Shown here in pieces: positions 30,943-48,453 of a stretch of 64,000 bases of DNA. The translations under genes and the position numbers were made by a program. Numbering within the stretch: position 1 is the stretch's first letter; every line of letters starts with the position of its first letter. Below the pieces are notes generated by a model. It saw nothing but the letters and a program-made list of their open reading frames with translations, was not told where the DNA came from and ran no database searches. Where the stretch lies: positions 55,304,001 through 55,368,000 of the forward strand of contig OZ024740.1 in NCBI GenBank assembly GCA_964016885.1, in the 5' to 3' direction. Origin of the DNA: Eledone cirrhosa (taxonomy: Eukaryota).

Positions 30943-31324
30943 CATATATATTCATATATATATATATATATATATATATGAGAAGAATGGAGTGCTGCGT
31001 GGTTGCACATGGGTTACATATATATAAAATTAGTCCTTCATCAGTGATTTTCCAACCTTCATTGGTATTTAAATCACAGATTTTGCTTAAAACTAAATTA
31101 ACAAGACGTAAAGCAATTAAAGCTTCATTCTGGGTGATACCAAGCAATCAGAAAATAATAGTAGATATACGTAGGAGAGAATCTTGGCGAAATCAAGATG
31201 CAGTTTGTCTATACATAGAAAATTAAATCATCAGATCTGTTAATTTCAAAAATGTTAATCAGCGTCTTAGATAATGATGCACTTTTATTTTTTACATATA
31301 CATTCCTCTTTATGTCTTCTATGA

Positions 31325-31496
31325 CAGTATCGGTAGAGGGTCGGACGCCATGCTTTGCAGCAAAGAGTTACGGCCTTTTATGGTCTGAGTTTAAATCCCA
31401 CCGAGGTTAACTTTGCCTTTCATCCTTACGGGCTCGATAAAATAAAGTACCAGTAATGTCGTGGGACATTTGCTGGCATTGTGCCAAAAGTAGAAA
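31325..31496 (+). mobile_element. tRNA-derived SINE S1 with long (TAA)n tail
   Basis: Same head, B-box-like gagtttaaatccc and central domain as 17615-17891. Its TAA tail is the site occupied by the Dong-like element. Confidence 0.8.
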
Positions 31497-31504
31497 TAAT
31501 AATT

Positions 31505-33626
<2,122 letters not shown>

Positions 33627-33651
33627 GAAGAAGAAGAAGAAGAAGAAGAAA

Positions 33652-34217
33652 GGGCTGGAGATATGATGTGATGGGCAGGGTGATCCACTGGCACCTATGC
33701 AAAGTAAACAATTTACCACATTCTGAGAAGTGGTATGAGCATAAGCCAGAGTCGGTGATAGAAAACGATCAGGTGAAGGTGCTGTGGGATTTTAGGATAC
33801 AGACGGACAAGAAACTAAACACAATAGACCTGACCTGGTGGTTGTGGACACAGAAAAAAGATCGTGCCTGATTGTGGATGTGGCCTGCCCATTCGACACG
33901 AGAGTGCAAGAGAAGGAGAGGGAGAAAATTAACCGATACCAGGACTTAAAGTGGGAGGTAAAAAGGATTTGGAACTGCCATGAAGTCAAAGTGGTCCCGA
34001 TTGTCATAGGCGCACTAGGAACTATCTCAAAAGGTTTCCAGCGATGGTTAAAGAAAATTGGCCCCTTCAAGCTTTTTGGAACGCTTCAAAAGGCATGCTT
34101 GCTAGGAACAGCAAGAACCCTCCGATACGTCCTGAATATCTGAGGCTGCAGGTAGTGGCTTGATATTCATTTCAACAAACTTTCCAGTTAACTAACATCA
34201 ATGACTGAGACTCAAAG
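33652..34217 (+). mobile_element. R4/Dong-like family B, 3' fragment
   Basis: KWYEHKPESVIENDQVKVLWDFRIQTD...CLIVDVACPFD...LGTARTLRYVLNI and a 3' UTR ending gactcaaaga(ATA)n. A ~25 bp extra copy of the extreme 3' end follows at about 34249-34272. Confidence 0.9.
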
Positions 34218-34753
34218 AATAATAATAATAATAATAATATGTTAATAAAATCAATGACTGAGACTCAAAGAACAACAATAATAATAATAATAATAAATCC
34301 GGAGACTAAAATCCCAAAAGGGCTCGATAAGGATAAATATATATAGTTTCAGAAGATCCCGTTAAAAGCGATTCTTTGCTTAAACTTTAATCTGTTTATT
34401 TTAACATATATATATATACACTTCTGTATGTATATACTATATAACGACAGCTATGAGCACCAGTTTTAGAATAAGAATAAAGAAGAGAAAGTAAGTTACC
34501 CCATGTGACACGATCCATCTATCTGTCGCTTGCCAGAGGGATGTGCAAATTTATTTATAATCATTCGCATATTTTTTTACAATGTTTGGATGTGCATTGT
34601 CTGGGATTTGGTTGATATTTCCTGCAGACTGAAAAGCTGCATCAATGTTTCCTTGTTAGTTGGCTTAAGTTTCGTAAGCCACGCGCGCGCGCGCGCATAC
34701 GCACTCACGCACGCACACACACACGCACACACACGCGCACACACACGCGCACG

Positions 34754-34835
<82 letters not shown>

Positions 34836-35520
34836 GAGAGAAAGAAAGAGAGAGGTCAAGATCGTAGAAAATGAAAACAAAAAGGTGGGGAAACAACGAA
34901 AATACGGACGAAACACAGGACAGTCTCTTCTCATCAGTCGACTGCTGGAGGTCTTCATGGTTTCGGTTCTTTAAGGTCGCACCACTAGTGTAGTGGGGCA
35001 GTAACAAATGGACACAAGACTGTTTACAAGTAAAATCAAATTTCCTAAAAATCCATGTGCTGCAACTGGAAAATAATAGATTTAACAAAACCCAACATAT
35101 TAGCCCAAAAGCGAAAGTATGCAGAGAAGGAGAAGTGAGAAAGAGAAGGTGGAAGAGTCAGGAAGAGAAAGACAGTGTGAGAGAACAGGAAAGAGATATA
35201 GATAGATAGTCGTTCTACATTGTCGCGATAGATAGATACATAGAAAGGTAGATAGACATTTCGCATGTATAATGAAAGTTAAATTCTGGACCGTAACAAA
35301 ATGTATACACACACTTAGTCAAACAAGCATGTACATAGTTTAACGGGTGTTCTTATTAAATAAGTGGATGTGTAACTGAGAGAGGGAGAGAGATCAGGAT
35401 ATGTTGAGAGTGACAGAGATAAAGATATCACCAATGATAGATTACTACCCACTTACATTAACATTCATTTAAATACTTACATGACAAGTTTTATACAAGC
35501 GTTTTAAAGTATTACACACA

Positions 35521-35614
<94 letters not shown>

Positions 35615-35619
35615 GTGTA

Positions 35620-35702
<83 letters not shown>

Positions 35703-36783
35703 AGAAGAGAGAGCGAGAGAAAGAGAGAGAGTGGGAAGAGATCTGATTCATGCATGGTTCACGTAACTTTTACAAAGATCAGGTCAACAATACAAAACTT
35801 ATGAAAGATCATACTGACTTGGCATGTGCTGGTGTAAAGAATACATAGAATGGAAATAAAAGAACATAAATAAATAGGTAGATAAACTGAATAAATAAGT
35901 GAAGAAATAGCAATAAAGTTTAAAATTGTAAGTGTCGTCATTCGCATTTTACCGAGTACAGAAAACTAGCCTAAGGGTATAATCTTTCAATATTGTCGAA
36001 AGAAAGTCAGCTAGCGGAAACAATAATTTTCGATGACATATTTTTCTCATAAAATACGTGCAAATCAACGTTGTTTAATATTACTGCTATAGTGATGGGC
36101 AGGAAGATATTCTATAAAGAAATGTAAACATCTTTGACAAGTTACGCCTCAATTCTGAGAAGTAGCCATGTTTATGACTCGTTTGGCTCGTTCCCATCGC
36201 TATACGTCGCCACGAAAGGATTATATCTAATAAAGATTATTGATAAAAATTAGAGAAATTTCACTTTTCATACAAATCAAATATTCCAATAGTGTTTCTC
36301 GCTATTCTCTCCGAAAGCAGCGATTTGAAATAATGGGTGAACGAATATTGCTGCCACACAAAAATCCGTTTAAATTATTAGGTAGGAGTTGAGTGCATTA
36401 AATCACACGTATTTCCTCAGTCAAACATTATATTTTTCATTTTATTTTATATATTATTAAGAATAATAGAGGGAGTAAAACTTTGGTTCTGTTAAATTTT
36501 GAAAATGAGTCAAATTCTGATTTAAAATCTATTACCTAAGTACGACTTTTGACCTGGTATTTTGATTCGATTTAAAATTTTGGAAACATTAAGTAAGTGA
36601 ATTATTATGTCTTTAAGTTTACATTATTTTCTCGCAAATAGTAAAAATGTCGATATAGACATTATAACTACCATGTTCATTTAGCGTTCATTTTTCGTCC
36701 ATTTAAACTAGAACTCTTACTTGCTGTGTATTAACATATTTTCCTCCTAAAAATAAACACATACAAATACATACATACATATA

Positions 36784-36856
<73 letters not shown>

Positions 36857-37129
36857 GTCTGGCAATCAGTATGGAATACTTGCTTCTAATTTAAGGAGCA
36901 TATACTGTACCAAATATAGCTACATATTTACTACTAACATAACATACATGTCCTCATATTTATTTACTAAATATTATTGTCCAGCGATTCCTTCCAGTAA
37001 CATTCTAACCGCATGTCCATAGTATAGGAGTTGTGTTCTCTCATTTCGGAGAAGTATCCACTCTACTATGTATGACCCCCTGATCTCCGAGCTAGGCACT
37101 TTTCATGAACAGGATTGTTGCAGCCGGGT

Positions 37130-37590
37130 TGGAAGAGGTATCAGGACGGGCAGGTATAAAATCAGTCGACTTAACCAGATAGAAGGTGATTTACGACTTG
37201 CACTAGATAGGTTTGATGCCGAGTGCTGGTTGGAATGAAAATCAGTGCTGCGAAACTGAGACACTCGTCATCTCAAGGAAACCGGCGCAGTGCACTCTAC
37301 ATGTGAATGAAGTGCTACTGAAGCAGATAAAGACGTTCAAGTAACTTAGGTTCATGTTCCACAGTCATGAGGCTAAATTAAGTGCAAGAATTGATGGAGG
37401 TGGTGCAGTAATGCTCCAGGTTCATCATTTGGTAATCGGAAGAGAGCTAGGTGTGAAAGCCAAACTCGCTATCTTCAATTCTGTATGTGTGCCAACCCTT
37501 ACTCATAGACAAGAATACGATTGTAAATACAAGCGACTGACATGGGTTTTCCCCGAAGGCTCTTTGAAGTAACTTTACTCGATATTGTAA
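37130..37590 (+). mobile_element. Decayed RTE-clade (Expander/Rex3-like) LINE RT fragment
   Basis: Homologous to 41638-42300. Degenerate translation includes GMKISAAK, KAKLAIFNSVCVPTLT. Confidence 0.7.
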
Positions 37591-38459
37591 TTTTAATAGT
37601 TAAAATTTCTAGTATCACTGCCTTATATATGGAGACACCGACGCTAAAATTTGGTTGACCTTTATGTTTTGTAAGTCTTTATTATAAGTGCCATTGTTGC
37701 GTTTCCTATATATATATATATATATATATACACTATCCTAGTGTATTTTACTATAAAACAGGGTCCCATTTCTCACGTGTCCCCACATCCTATAGCAACT
37801 CTGTTGCATTTTTGACCAAAATATTAAACGCGAATCGGACTTTTGAAAGTGGGTAATAAAAACTCATAGTTTCATAGTAGAGACATCTTCTCCTTAACCA
37901 ATCAAATATAAATAATTTGTTCATATTAAAATTATGTATTCAAACATACTAATAAATGTATATAGATAAAGTAATCTCTTCAAATTCTGTGTTAAATTAA
38001 TTCAATTGAAGTAATATCAATAAAACATTATTATTTTATACACTAATAAAAAATATAACATCCTGTTGACAGTAAAATAATTTACAGACATGATCTAATT
38101 TAATCCAAAGTATATATCCAAAATATTTGTAACTCGAACCCACGAGGAAGTCGCTTCATGGTAACTGAATTTGCTAAAAATAGCAAACAAATGTCCCTCA
38201 AATAACACCCTATCGACTTTAGGATAGATTGGATAACGTTGTACATACATTTTGTTAATGATAATACGTCTTTTATCCGTGATATGCTTCGTCAAGGCAG
38301 ATCTGAATACATTCATCAACAATAAGACATATCTCTAGCACTGTATGAAACCCCTGTAATTAAGCTGGCCAAGTGTGGGTTGGATAGGGTGCTCTAGTAT
38401 TCGAGTGATTAGTCTTGACCAATGGGGCGTACACACATAAACACACATAAACACACACA

Positions 38460-38578
<119 letters not shown>

Positions 38579-41435
38579 TCTTTTGTATATATCTTTGTAT
38601 GTAAGTATATATTTACGTATGTATGTATGTTCGCGTGAATGTATGAGGAGATTGTAATTGTATATATTTGTGGCGAAAAGAACAGAGCAAATATTTAATA
38701 GATCCGTAAAATAAAACTAAATGTTGTTGAAATGGTAACTTAAAAAAGAAGAGCAGTACAAATAGACAGACACAGTCTCCTCTCTTACTAATCTCGATAA
38801 GATTGTGCATAGGCTTCAGAGTACATGAGACGGGGGTAGCTTAATAAGAATCATGTCTCTTCTCAGAGAAGAACATTTTTCTAAAATAGATTATGAAAGC
38901 TATGGAACGGTTTATCTTGCTAAGATCAATTATCCAAGAGTCAGAGTGGCTCCTCAATGTCTAAGAATATTTGGTGTAAATGTCTATCGTATTTTTTTTA
39001 TTTCATATGGAAGCTGAAACAGAAAAAAGAAAACATATTATTGTATGCTTCCATCTTGCTGTTATTGATTGTAATGATGTTGATTATAGTGCCTTTGACG
39101 GACTGAAAGATCAGTGACAAAATACAAGCATTTATGTGAACAATCTCTGCTCGTTACTTTTTAAGAGTTTGTTATTTTGATATAATAATAATATCATGTA
39201 AATGGTAGAGACAAAACAGTCAAAAAATAAAATTTTTACAAAGTATCTGATCCTTATCATTTCAACGAGTCTTTGTAATCGATATTAATCACATTCATCA
39301 CTGTTACTTTATTTGCCAAAAATAAAATGAGAACACTGCTTTTTCACACTTCCTCATGCGCAGACAAAGAGCAAGAAATTGAGACGTAAGACATTTCACT
39401 CCTCACGGTTACTGAACATATTCAAATCTTATAAAAACACTTTTATAGTAGTACCAAATGTCTGTGTTTAATTAAAAGGCATATAAGAAATGGCCATGCA
39501 ACAATAGTGAGAGTAAAGGTAGATCATTAAATGTTTAAAATCTTCACGTTTAAAAACTGGGCTTTCCATATCTGAAATAGCCAGTAATATTTATTGTTAG
39601 GTAACATATGTAGATTTTAGCTACATGTAGTGTATTACGAGGATCAATATGGTGGGGTCCATCTTGCACTAGATTCTAGAGTGCAACTGGAAACTGAGAT
39701 ACAATGATTAACGGATGTGTAACAACCTAAAAAGAAATGAAATAATTAGTGAGACGATTATGTAAATAAACATTCTGATTAATAATTTCTTGATGTATAA
39801 AATATTCACTATTGAAATATTGCAAAAACGATAGGGATTTCTAATGAACATTAAAACTTTAAAAATGCTAACTGAAGGGACGGTATAAATAAATTGACGA
39901 GTAGCATAAATCTCCAACGAGAAAGAACTGTTAAAAAAACATATGCGGTGCGAGGAATACAGAGACCTTATTCATTGTATAATTAATTAACATGAACGCG
40001 CACACCATAGACGTTATTCTACTAATTAGCATACATTTCTAAACTAAATTAATTCTATTAAATAATTGCAATAACATTTCAAGCTTCCGTAATCTAATCC
40101 CTGAACACACTAAATCCCCAGGAAACAACAATAAAATCAAAAATATGTTAGACAAATAAATCACCTGTTCTAGCATTACTTTAAATAATGTTTAATCAAG
40201 TAAAATATTCAATAATGCAAAAGTATTTTCCCCAGCTTTCTGACCTTATAATATAGAAAGAAAATATTTTGTTTTTATGTCAATGCTATCATGGAATAGT
40301 CAATTCAGAATTAGATAATCTAATAGAAACTAAACCTTTTATTTATTTAGCACGTTGTGTGACCACAGAGAATGGAAGACAAACAAGCAAATAAAAACAT
40401 AAAATTGTATTTTCTATAGCATCATTTAGAAATATCTAGTTATAAATTTAAATAATTTGTGCACATTTAATTGGGTTATTCGAAACTCTTCGTCCCTGTA
40501 TGACTGATTGTATGATTGTTTTTACATATATTTGAATAAATCATTATGAAAATTAGATCCCTTTTTCTTTCTTTATTCCTCTCTCTCTCTCTCACTTCAT
40601 GGCAAACCAAACCAACAGAAAGGCAGGAAGCAATGACTCTCGGTGTTGCTTATTTTACTCATCCACCTATAAGAATGTTGTTTTTTTAGGTTTGTCGGTT
40701 ATTTGCTGAAAGATAGAAAAAAACATTAGGATATTTAACTGCTGTCAACAACTACTACTGTTTATTATGAAGGATCGGGGTGTCGCGGATGGGGAGGGAG
40801 ATAAAAATGACAGAAAATTAGCATCATCAAGGTGGGCGTTTCAACTCTATTCTTCCTATCTGTCTGACCTATTTCTATCAGGTTTTCTTAATTTTTTTTT
40901 TATTTTTCATCTTTTGTAAAGTTAATCACAGTCACATAAAGTCATGGCCAAACTCTTACTAACATCTACTTATTACTTCCCTTAATTCCTTACATCGTTT
41001 ATATTCCTTTTAATAAATTTATTCTTTCATTCACCCAATATCACTGTCTCTGTCTGACTGATGGTTCTCTATCTTTCTCTCTCTCTGCCACTTTCTGTTT
41101 TCTTTCTCACGCTGTCTTCTCACCTTTCATCTCCCGATCTCTCTATTTCACTGTTTCTCTTTTACACATTTGTTTAAATTACTTGAAGGTGCACCTGTTT
41201 ATGTCAGATTTCAAGTAAATACATGGAAAATATAATCAGCAGTGGCAATAACAGAAATAAGTGGATAGTGAGAAAAAGTAAGAAGAAACTGCATAACAAA
41301 GATAGAGACTTTGAGTTTAAGAAAATCCTACTCTGTGAAATTAAATTGGTAGGGAGAAATGAGTCGGTAAACATATACCTAAATAGATAGATAAACATAT
41401 AGATATGTATGTAGATAGGTAGATACATAGGTAGG

Positions 41436-41495
<60 letters not shown>

Positions 41496-41637
41496 CTGAT
41501 AAACTACTAAGACAACAAAAAATTAATATAATTGAGATAACTCATAATAAAGAGATTGATAGTATCAAATAAACAGTTTCAATACTTTCAAATATATTTA
41601 ATTAATGCATTACATAAAAATACTAAACTAAATAGGG

Positions 41638-42300
41638 CTGGAAGTGGTATCACGACAGGCTGGTGAAGAATCAGTCGGCTGGAATGTCAGACGACATAGT
41701 ATTACTTAACTTGACAGAAAGTGATCTTCGACTTGCACTAGATAGTTTTGATGTATGGCTGGAATGAATATCAGTGCTGCTAAAATTGAGACAATCGTCC
41801 TGTCAAGGACGTCTGTGCAGTTCACTCTACATGGGAATAGAATCCACTGAAGTAGATGGAGAAGTTCAAATATTTTGTGGTCGTTATTTCAAGTGATGGA
41901 AATCTGGATGCTGAATAAAGTGCAAGATTTGCAGGAGCTGGCGTAGTTATGCACCAGCTTAAGCATTAGTTAATCGGGAGGGAAGTAGTTTTAAAATCCA
42001 AACTCACCATTTTCAATTCAGTATTCTTGTCAACCCTTACACATGGCCATGAATCTTGGGTAATGAACAAAAGAATACGATCATAAATAAAAGATGCCGA
42101 AATGGGGTCCCTCCGAAAGGGTCTTTGGAGTGACGTTACTCGATAGAGTACGTAGCTCTGAGATCAGAGAATCACTCCAGGTAGAGCCGCTAATTCGCCG
42201 AATTGAGAGAATTACGGCTCCGATGCTATGGGCATGTGTTTAGAATGTTTGATGAAAGAATCACGACATATTTTACAGGTAAATCCAGCCGACAGGACAC
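41638..42300 (+). mobile_element. Decayed RTE-clade (Expander/Rex3-like) LINE RT/C-terminal fragment
   Basis: Piecewise translation DDIVLL..DLRLALDSF..GMNISAAK..EKFKYF..KLTIFNSVFLSTLTHGHESWVM..AEMG..GVTLLDRVRSSEIRESLQVEPL..RLRCYGHVFRM, with stops and frameshifts. Confidence 0.8.
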
Positions 42301-42749
42301 CCGTAATAACAAGGAGATTTTTTTTTTTTTTTTATTCAGAAAAGCTTAGTGTTTAACATATCTGTTTTAGAAACCCTGAAAACTAAATGCTTGACGCGTG
42401 AAAGCATTACATCCGTTGATCTATCCGATAAATGACTAGACGTTTCAAAGAAGAGTCTCTACCATTTTTGTGAAGAACAACAACCAATATGCTCATAAAA
42501 TATTGTATATTTTTCGTATCAGACAATATCAGTAGTTTAAACATATATGCATCTGTTCATAGATACACCTATTAGAAAATTCATTTAGATATAATCCACC
42601 CAACTAAATTTTTTTCTGGACTCCATCATCTACACACTATCCCTCTTTTTGAATGTTTCACTTCAGAGTGTAACATAAACGATGCGAGTTCAGCGCAATT
42701 GAAAGTGTATGAACTTCAGACACTATATTAAGTAGATCAATAGATGTAC

Positions 42750-42843
<94 letters not shown>

Positions 42844-42869
42844 ATATATATGTATATATATATATGCAT

Positions 42870-42941
<72 letters not shown>

Positions 42942-43047
42942 CATACATATATATATGCGTGTGTGTGTGTGTGTGTATGTGTGTGTGTGTGTATTACCAA
43001 AACATTCATTCATACGTACATACATACTTATGTACATAATTACATGC

Positions 43048-43107
<60 letters not shown>

Positions 43108-43109
43108 TC

Positions 43110-43143
<34 letters not shown>

Positions 43144-44409
43144 GTTTGCATGTACGTTGCCTGTGTAAAGACTTGCGTGCAACCAGGTGCAACATTTCAA
43201 GTAGCTATTTAATTACATAGCTATCATGCCGTTCGTTACCTCTATTTGTTCTCTTTAATTTGTTGTTTGTATGAAAGAACGAAAGAATAATACAGTCTCC
43301 TTTAAGTAATAGCAGCGTTATAACATATATCACAGTATCAGCTTTCTGACAGAAAGTCTAAATGCAGTGGCTGGTTGAAAATATATGAGTTGGTGCTTGT
43401 TTGTTTGTCTGTATAAAGAAATGACCCGGCAGATCATCTGACGGAATGATCTCCTTCTATTTCACTAAATTTCAATAGATAAACTTATAAAGATATAGAA
43501 AAGCAAGGAAATATATTAAAAAGAAGAAATACATAAAAGTATATGTTAGTTTGTTGAAAAACAGAAACGGTGTAAAAAGAAATATAAAAGAATAAAAACG
43601 CAGGAAGCAAATGATTGGATATAAAGTTTTAACTCTAATATATGTTTGACAAAATGGAAGAAGATGGCTAGATTAGATTCCGTCCAATATGTACAATAGG
43701 GTTTCCTTCCTAATTCACTTCTATGCAGCCGTACTAATGTAGGTATTATTTCTCCTCCATTGGAACCCGAATAACAAGGTAGATGAATCTTTTGAAGTTT
43801 GCTCGCCATGAAATGCTAGAATGGGGTATATTATTAAGAAGCTTCCATCATTCGAATTTATCTTAGAAGGTGAGAAGCTGTGCCAGGGAAATAGCTTTGA
43901 AATCAAATTACGCTTTACGATATGGAAAGCGGGAGAGCTATGTGTGCTGCCAAGAGGCCTTTTTACTTCGTGATGGATTCGTTAGTTGTCACGCCATTAA
44001 TATATATCCCCAGCTCCATACGTCCATGCCATTGGACAACAATTCGATATTTTAGCTAAACTAGAAAATGAATAGGAATCAAACGTCTGCAAACGCAAGT
44101 TGTCTTATAAACGCGAACTAAAAGCTTATTGCACAACACAATTTATCTAAAAGGAACATTATTTCTTCTATGTAAACAATTCAAGATAATATTTCAAGAT
44201 AAATTCATAAATACTTTATATTAAATGCGTTCATTCCGTTCACATTTCTTGAAATTAAGAAACGTCTTACACTTATTATATTTTTGTTAAACAGTATTAT
44301 AAGTTTTGAAATGTAATTTCTATCCTATTATTATAATTGATTTTAAATGTAATGACACCTCAATATATATGTAGATCGATTGGACCTGATATAATTTTCT
44401 TTACAGCAG

Positions 44410-44611
44410 GCATCCGGCCCAAAAATGAAAACAATAAAGATATTGTAATATCAGGAGTGACCGCCCCGACAGATGTTTTCTGCTCTGTACCCGGCCGTCT
44501 TTCCTTGCTCAGTTCAACGTCCAAATATAAAGTGACCGTTGCAGAAGTTCAAAGACGGTTATCACCCCCAGAATGTCTAAATGCATCACTGCTAGGAGGC
44601 GTTTTGAGACG
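44410..44611 (+). CDS. TFAP2: AP-2 exon encoding the start of the basic DNA-binding region ([68 protein letters not shown])
   Basis: Contains the diagnostic AP-2 motif [45 protein letters not shown]. Acceptor ttttctttacagCAG (alternative start 44407); donor CG|gtaagt at 44611/44612, phase 2. Confidence 0.96.
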
Positions 44612-45355
44612 GTAAGTGTAAATAAAATTATTTTTTAATACTCACTATATGTACTGAAATAATTAAACATTTGAAATTCAAAGACATAATAGGAAAAGTT
44701 CAGTGTTAGAAGTACAAATCTTTGAAGCGAATTACATCAGCAATAATTTCAATTAAATATCTAATGATTCGAAGAAAAGCACCAGCATCTAACTAATATA
44801 TGTATAAATATATATACATAAAACTATATATAACAAAGCAAGTATCACATGATATGGAGTGACTCACTTTCGGTTTTCGAAGATGATCGTTCCGCTTGTT
44901 CGATCAATGACATTAACATGTAAGTGGTGGAGAATTACACAGGCTCGTATACGCTTCACGAATTTCTCAGACACACGCAACATGGCAGAATATATGACTA
45001 AACTTTTTGAAGAGCAGGTACAATCCATCCGAGGGATTTATAAGCAGATTTGAAATACCTAATTTCACTAACAAGGCTTGGTTTGCCAGGAGGTGATTGT
45101 AAATAAAGGAAAAGCAGGATGACAGGGTTGTGAAGCAATCATCGTAATCATTCAGCCATGCTACGGCCACTTCAATGATATAGGTATCTTGATACACATA
45201 TATCAGACGAAATGATACAACAATTAAAATACAGAGTTCCCTATTTTCAAATTGGTATGGAAAATATTGTTCAAGTAAGGAAGAATGCTTACATATTCTA
45301 TCATTCAAGAATATACATTCGTGTGCGGACACATATACACACGCTCGCACATACA

Positions 45356-45457
<102 letters not shown>

Positions 45458-46045
45458 CATGTATGTATGTATGTGTCTGTGTCTGTATATTCCTGTGTGT
45501 GTAATATAATGTATAATGTTTGAATGAATGTTCCTCTGAGTGAGTTAACTATTGTATCTGTGAATTTAATGCTTTCCATGAATGCAGTCATATATTGCAG
45601 CATTGCAGCAAGTATAAACTATTCTTTTGCCAGAGGCAAAATGCTTTGGCGTACAGCAATCAGAATAAAAAATATATATAATAATAATAAGTAAAAGAAA
45701 ACGACTAAAAAAACAACAACAACAGACTAATAAAACAAAAGAAAAAAAAAACTTTAATTTACTTTTTAAAACATACCATAAGTTCACAACTCAAAGACAT
45801 CGTTACAGCAGAACTAATAGCAACTACATCAATGAAACACATCAACAAAAAAAGAACATAAACAATGAAATAATCATAAAAGCAATAATATTTTTTCCTT
45901 CTAGATGACGAAGAATGAAGTGTAATTTTATATATGCACATACACATACTTACATACACACACATACATATACATTCATATATGCATGAATAAGCACGTA
46001 ATCATATATATGTATGTATGTATATATATATGTGTATATATATAT

Positions 46046-46083
<38 letters not shown>

Positions 46084-46348
46084 CATACACACATACACAC
46101 ACACACATATATATATATAATATGCGTTTGTGTGTGCTTGTATATACCTATATATAATAAACATTTACTATTGATTTACGTATTCAAATATATACATAAA
46201 ACATACATATATGAGAATTTCAAAGAGAGTGGGGAGATGAGAGAAAGAGACAGCAAGTGTGATTAATTCTGTTGTCTCTTCCCACTTATTCGTAATATGG
46301 CAGTAAAAACCCTGTTTTAACTTACAAAACATGTCATGATAATAATTT

Positions 46349-46531
46349 GTTCTACTTTAGGCACAAGGCCAGCAATTACCCAGTACATTACTGGTACTTT
46401 ATTTTATCGACCCCGTAAGGATGAAAGGCAAAGTTAACCTCAGTGGGATTTGCACTCAGATTGTAAAGGGACGTAACTATGCTAGAAAGCATGGCGTCCA
46501 ACCATCTACCGATACTGCCAATTCACCGCCC
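46349..46531 (-). mobile_element. tRNA-derived SINE S1
   Basis: Reverse complement of the S1 consensus (ctggtactttattttatcgaccccgtaaggatgaaaggcaaagttaacctc...accgccc). Confidence 0.8.
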
Positions 46532-46569
46532 TCTGTAATGATAATAATAATAACAACAATAATAATAAA

Positions 46570-47250
46570 AGATTCTGTGCTGGATGTTCGAGTTAAGAGC
46601 CGGGCTGTGCTGTCAACAGATCACCATCTTGTTATTTGCAACCAACAGCTCGACCAACGTGATAAAGTTGGAAGCGCTGGTTGATGATGACCTGGAATGT
46701 AAATTTGTTGCTTCAGCATTTAAAAGCTGTAGATGGCATTGGCTTCGTCTGTGGCTGAATTGCAGGAAGACACTTGTTCAATCAGTATGTTAAAATGTCG
46801 TCCGAGCAAAGAAGGACGCGTACAAATCTTGGCCAAGAAATATGTCTTCCTACTTGCATCCGCGGTACAGGCATCTACGTACTGTGACAGCAAAGCCAGT
46901 AGAGGTGTCTAAGGTTTAGGCATATGAGGAGTTTGGCGTCTAAGTTGGACTCAGATTTTAGATCAACAAATAATGTAATCTGTTAGACTATCTCGCGCCT
47001 TCGTAATAAGACGTCCTCATTCACGAACGTGATATCAGGAATTCATATGTGGTCGTTCTCCCCAAAGAAAAGTGCATCCTTAGTAGGTGGGGGAGAATAC
47101 TTTGCTGATTTTTTAAATCCAATCACAAAAACATTGCCTGATGTATAATAGGTGCATCTAGGTGCACAGCCTAACCTCTCAGAGGCTGAGGTTGCTAGAG
47201 GAATTAAAGGGTTGTAATGTGGCAGGGCCTGTAATGAGGGTGAAATTTGG
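46570..47250 (+). mobile_element. Decayed RTE-clade LINE, AP-endonuclease end and linker
   Basis: LDVRVKSRAVLSTDHHLVIC (APE C-terminal xDH motif) followed by degenerate linker sequence ending near SEAEVARGIKGL. Confidence 0.65.
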
Positions 47251-47520
47251 GATAGTAAAACCCTACTACTTCTGCTTCTACTACTCGACATTTGTAAGTC
47301 AATATCTATGTAAAATAAGATTTATTGAATGGATTTTTAATGAAACATTTTGACTGGCTTGTCGTCAACACACACAGGATATTTGCAATATACGTAGTCA
47401 CGCATCTTTGAAAGAAAAACTTACAAATTTGATGATGGAACTTATGTTATTCCGACTTCAATAAAACAAATTTTTCCCTAGGAGTTGATTAAATTATAAC
47501 GCAACACACACACACACCTA

Positions 47521-47563
<43 letters not shown>

Positions 47564-48213
47564 ATATAAATATATGTATATATATATATGTGTGTGTTAG
47601 CTGAATTAGATATGCTTTGTTCTAGTTTTCCTGTAACCAATAATATGGTTTTATAAATTCAATTTTATCCACATATTGTTTGAACAATGTGTGGTCACTC
47701 TTTATTTCTGTTGCTAAGCAACCCAGATTTCCATTCCTTTATGTCTATTTATATATTCTTTTAATATTTTCACATCAGATCTTCGTTACTAATGGGGTAT
47801 ATGTAATTATTTCTTTGAAAACTAAGAATCAGTAGCATTGATGAGTGTATAAGAACATTATTTGATTCTGAAGATGCTTGCATGGAAACTTTATTGATGT
47901 TAAGTTATTTTTAGAAAAGAGAAATGAAATTATTTGACAATGATGCTCCTGTCTGTTGGGGTTTTAGCAATACATAATATACGACTCTTAACAACTTTGT
48001 ATCCTATCATTGGCCCGGACTTGCAAAATGTTTGCAACTATTTCCTGTTATTCGTTACAGATGTGTTTGCTTTGAATGATATTTGAAACATTTCCATATT
48101 TTTAATGTATAATAACCTGAGTGCAGCTAAAATCTTTGAAAAACAAAATTAGTAACCGATTTGATTTGCCTTTGAATATTATTATTAAATATTTGTGCTT
48201 CATATGAAAATAA

Positions 48214-48453
<240 letters not shown>

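Noticed and set aside
34900-34970. Minus-strand CTGATGA with nearby GAAAC
   Set aside because: No stem II or stem I pairing consistent with any hammerhead topology.
36853-37082. Possible mariner-type MITE (aggggtc...gacccct ends)
   Set aside because: The inverted match is only ~7 bp and there is no second copy in the window.
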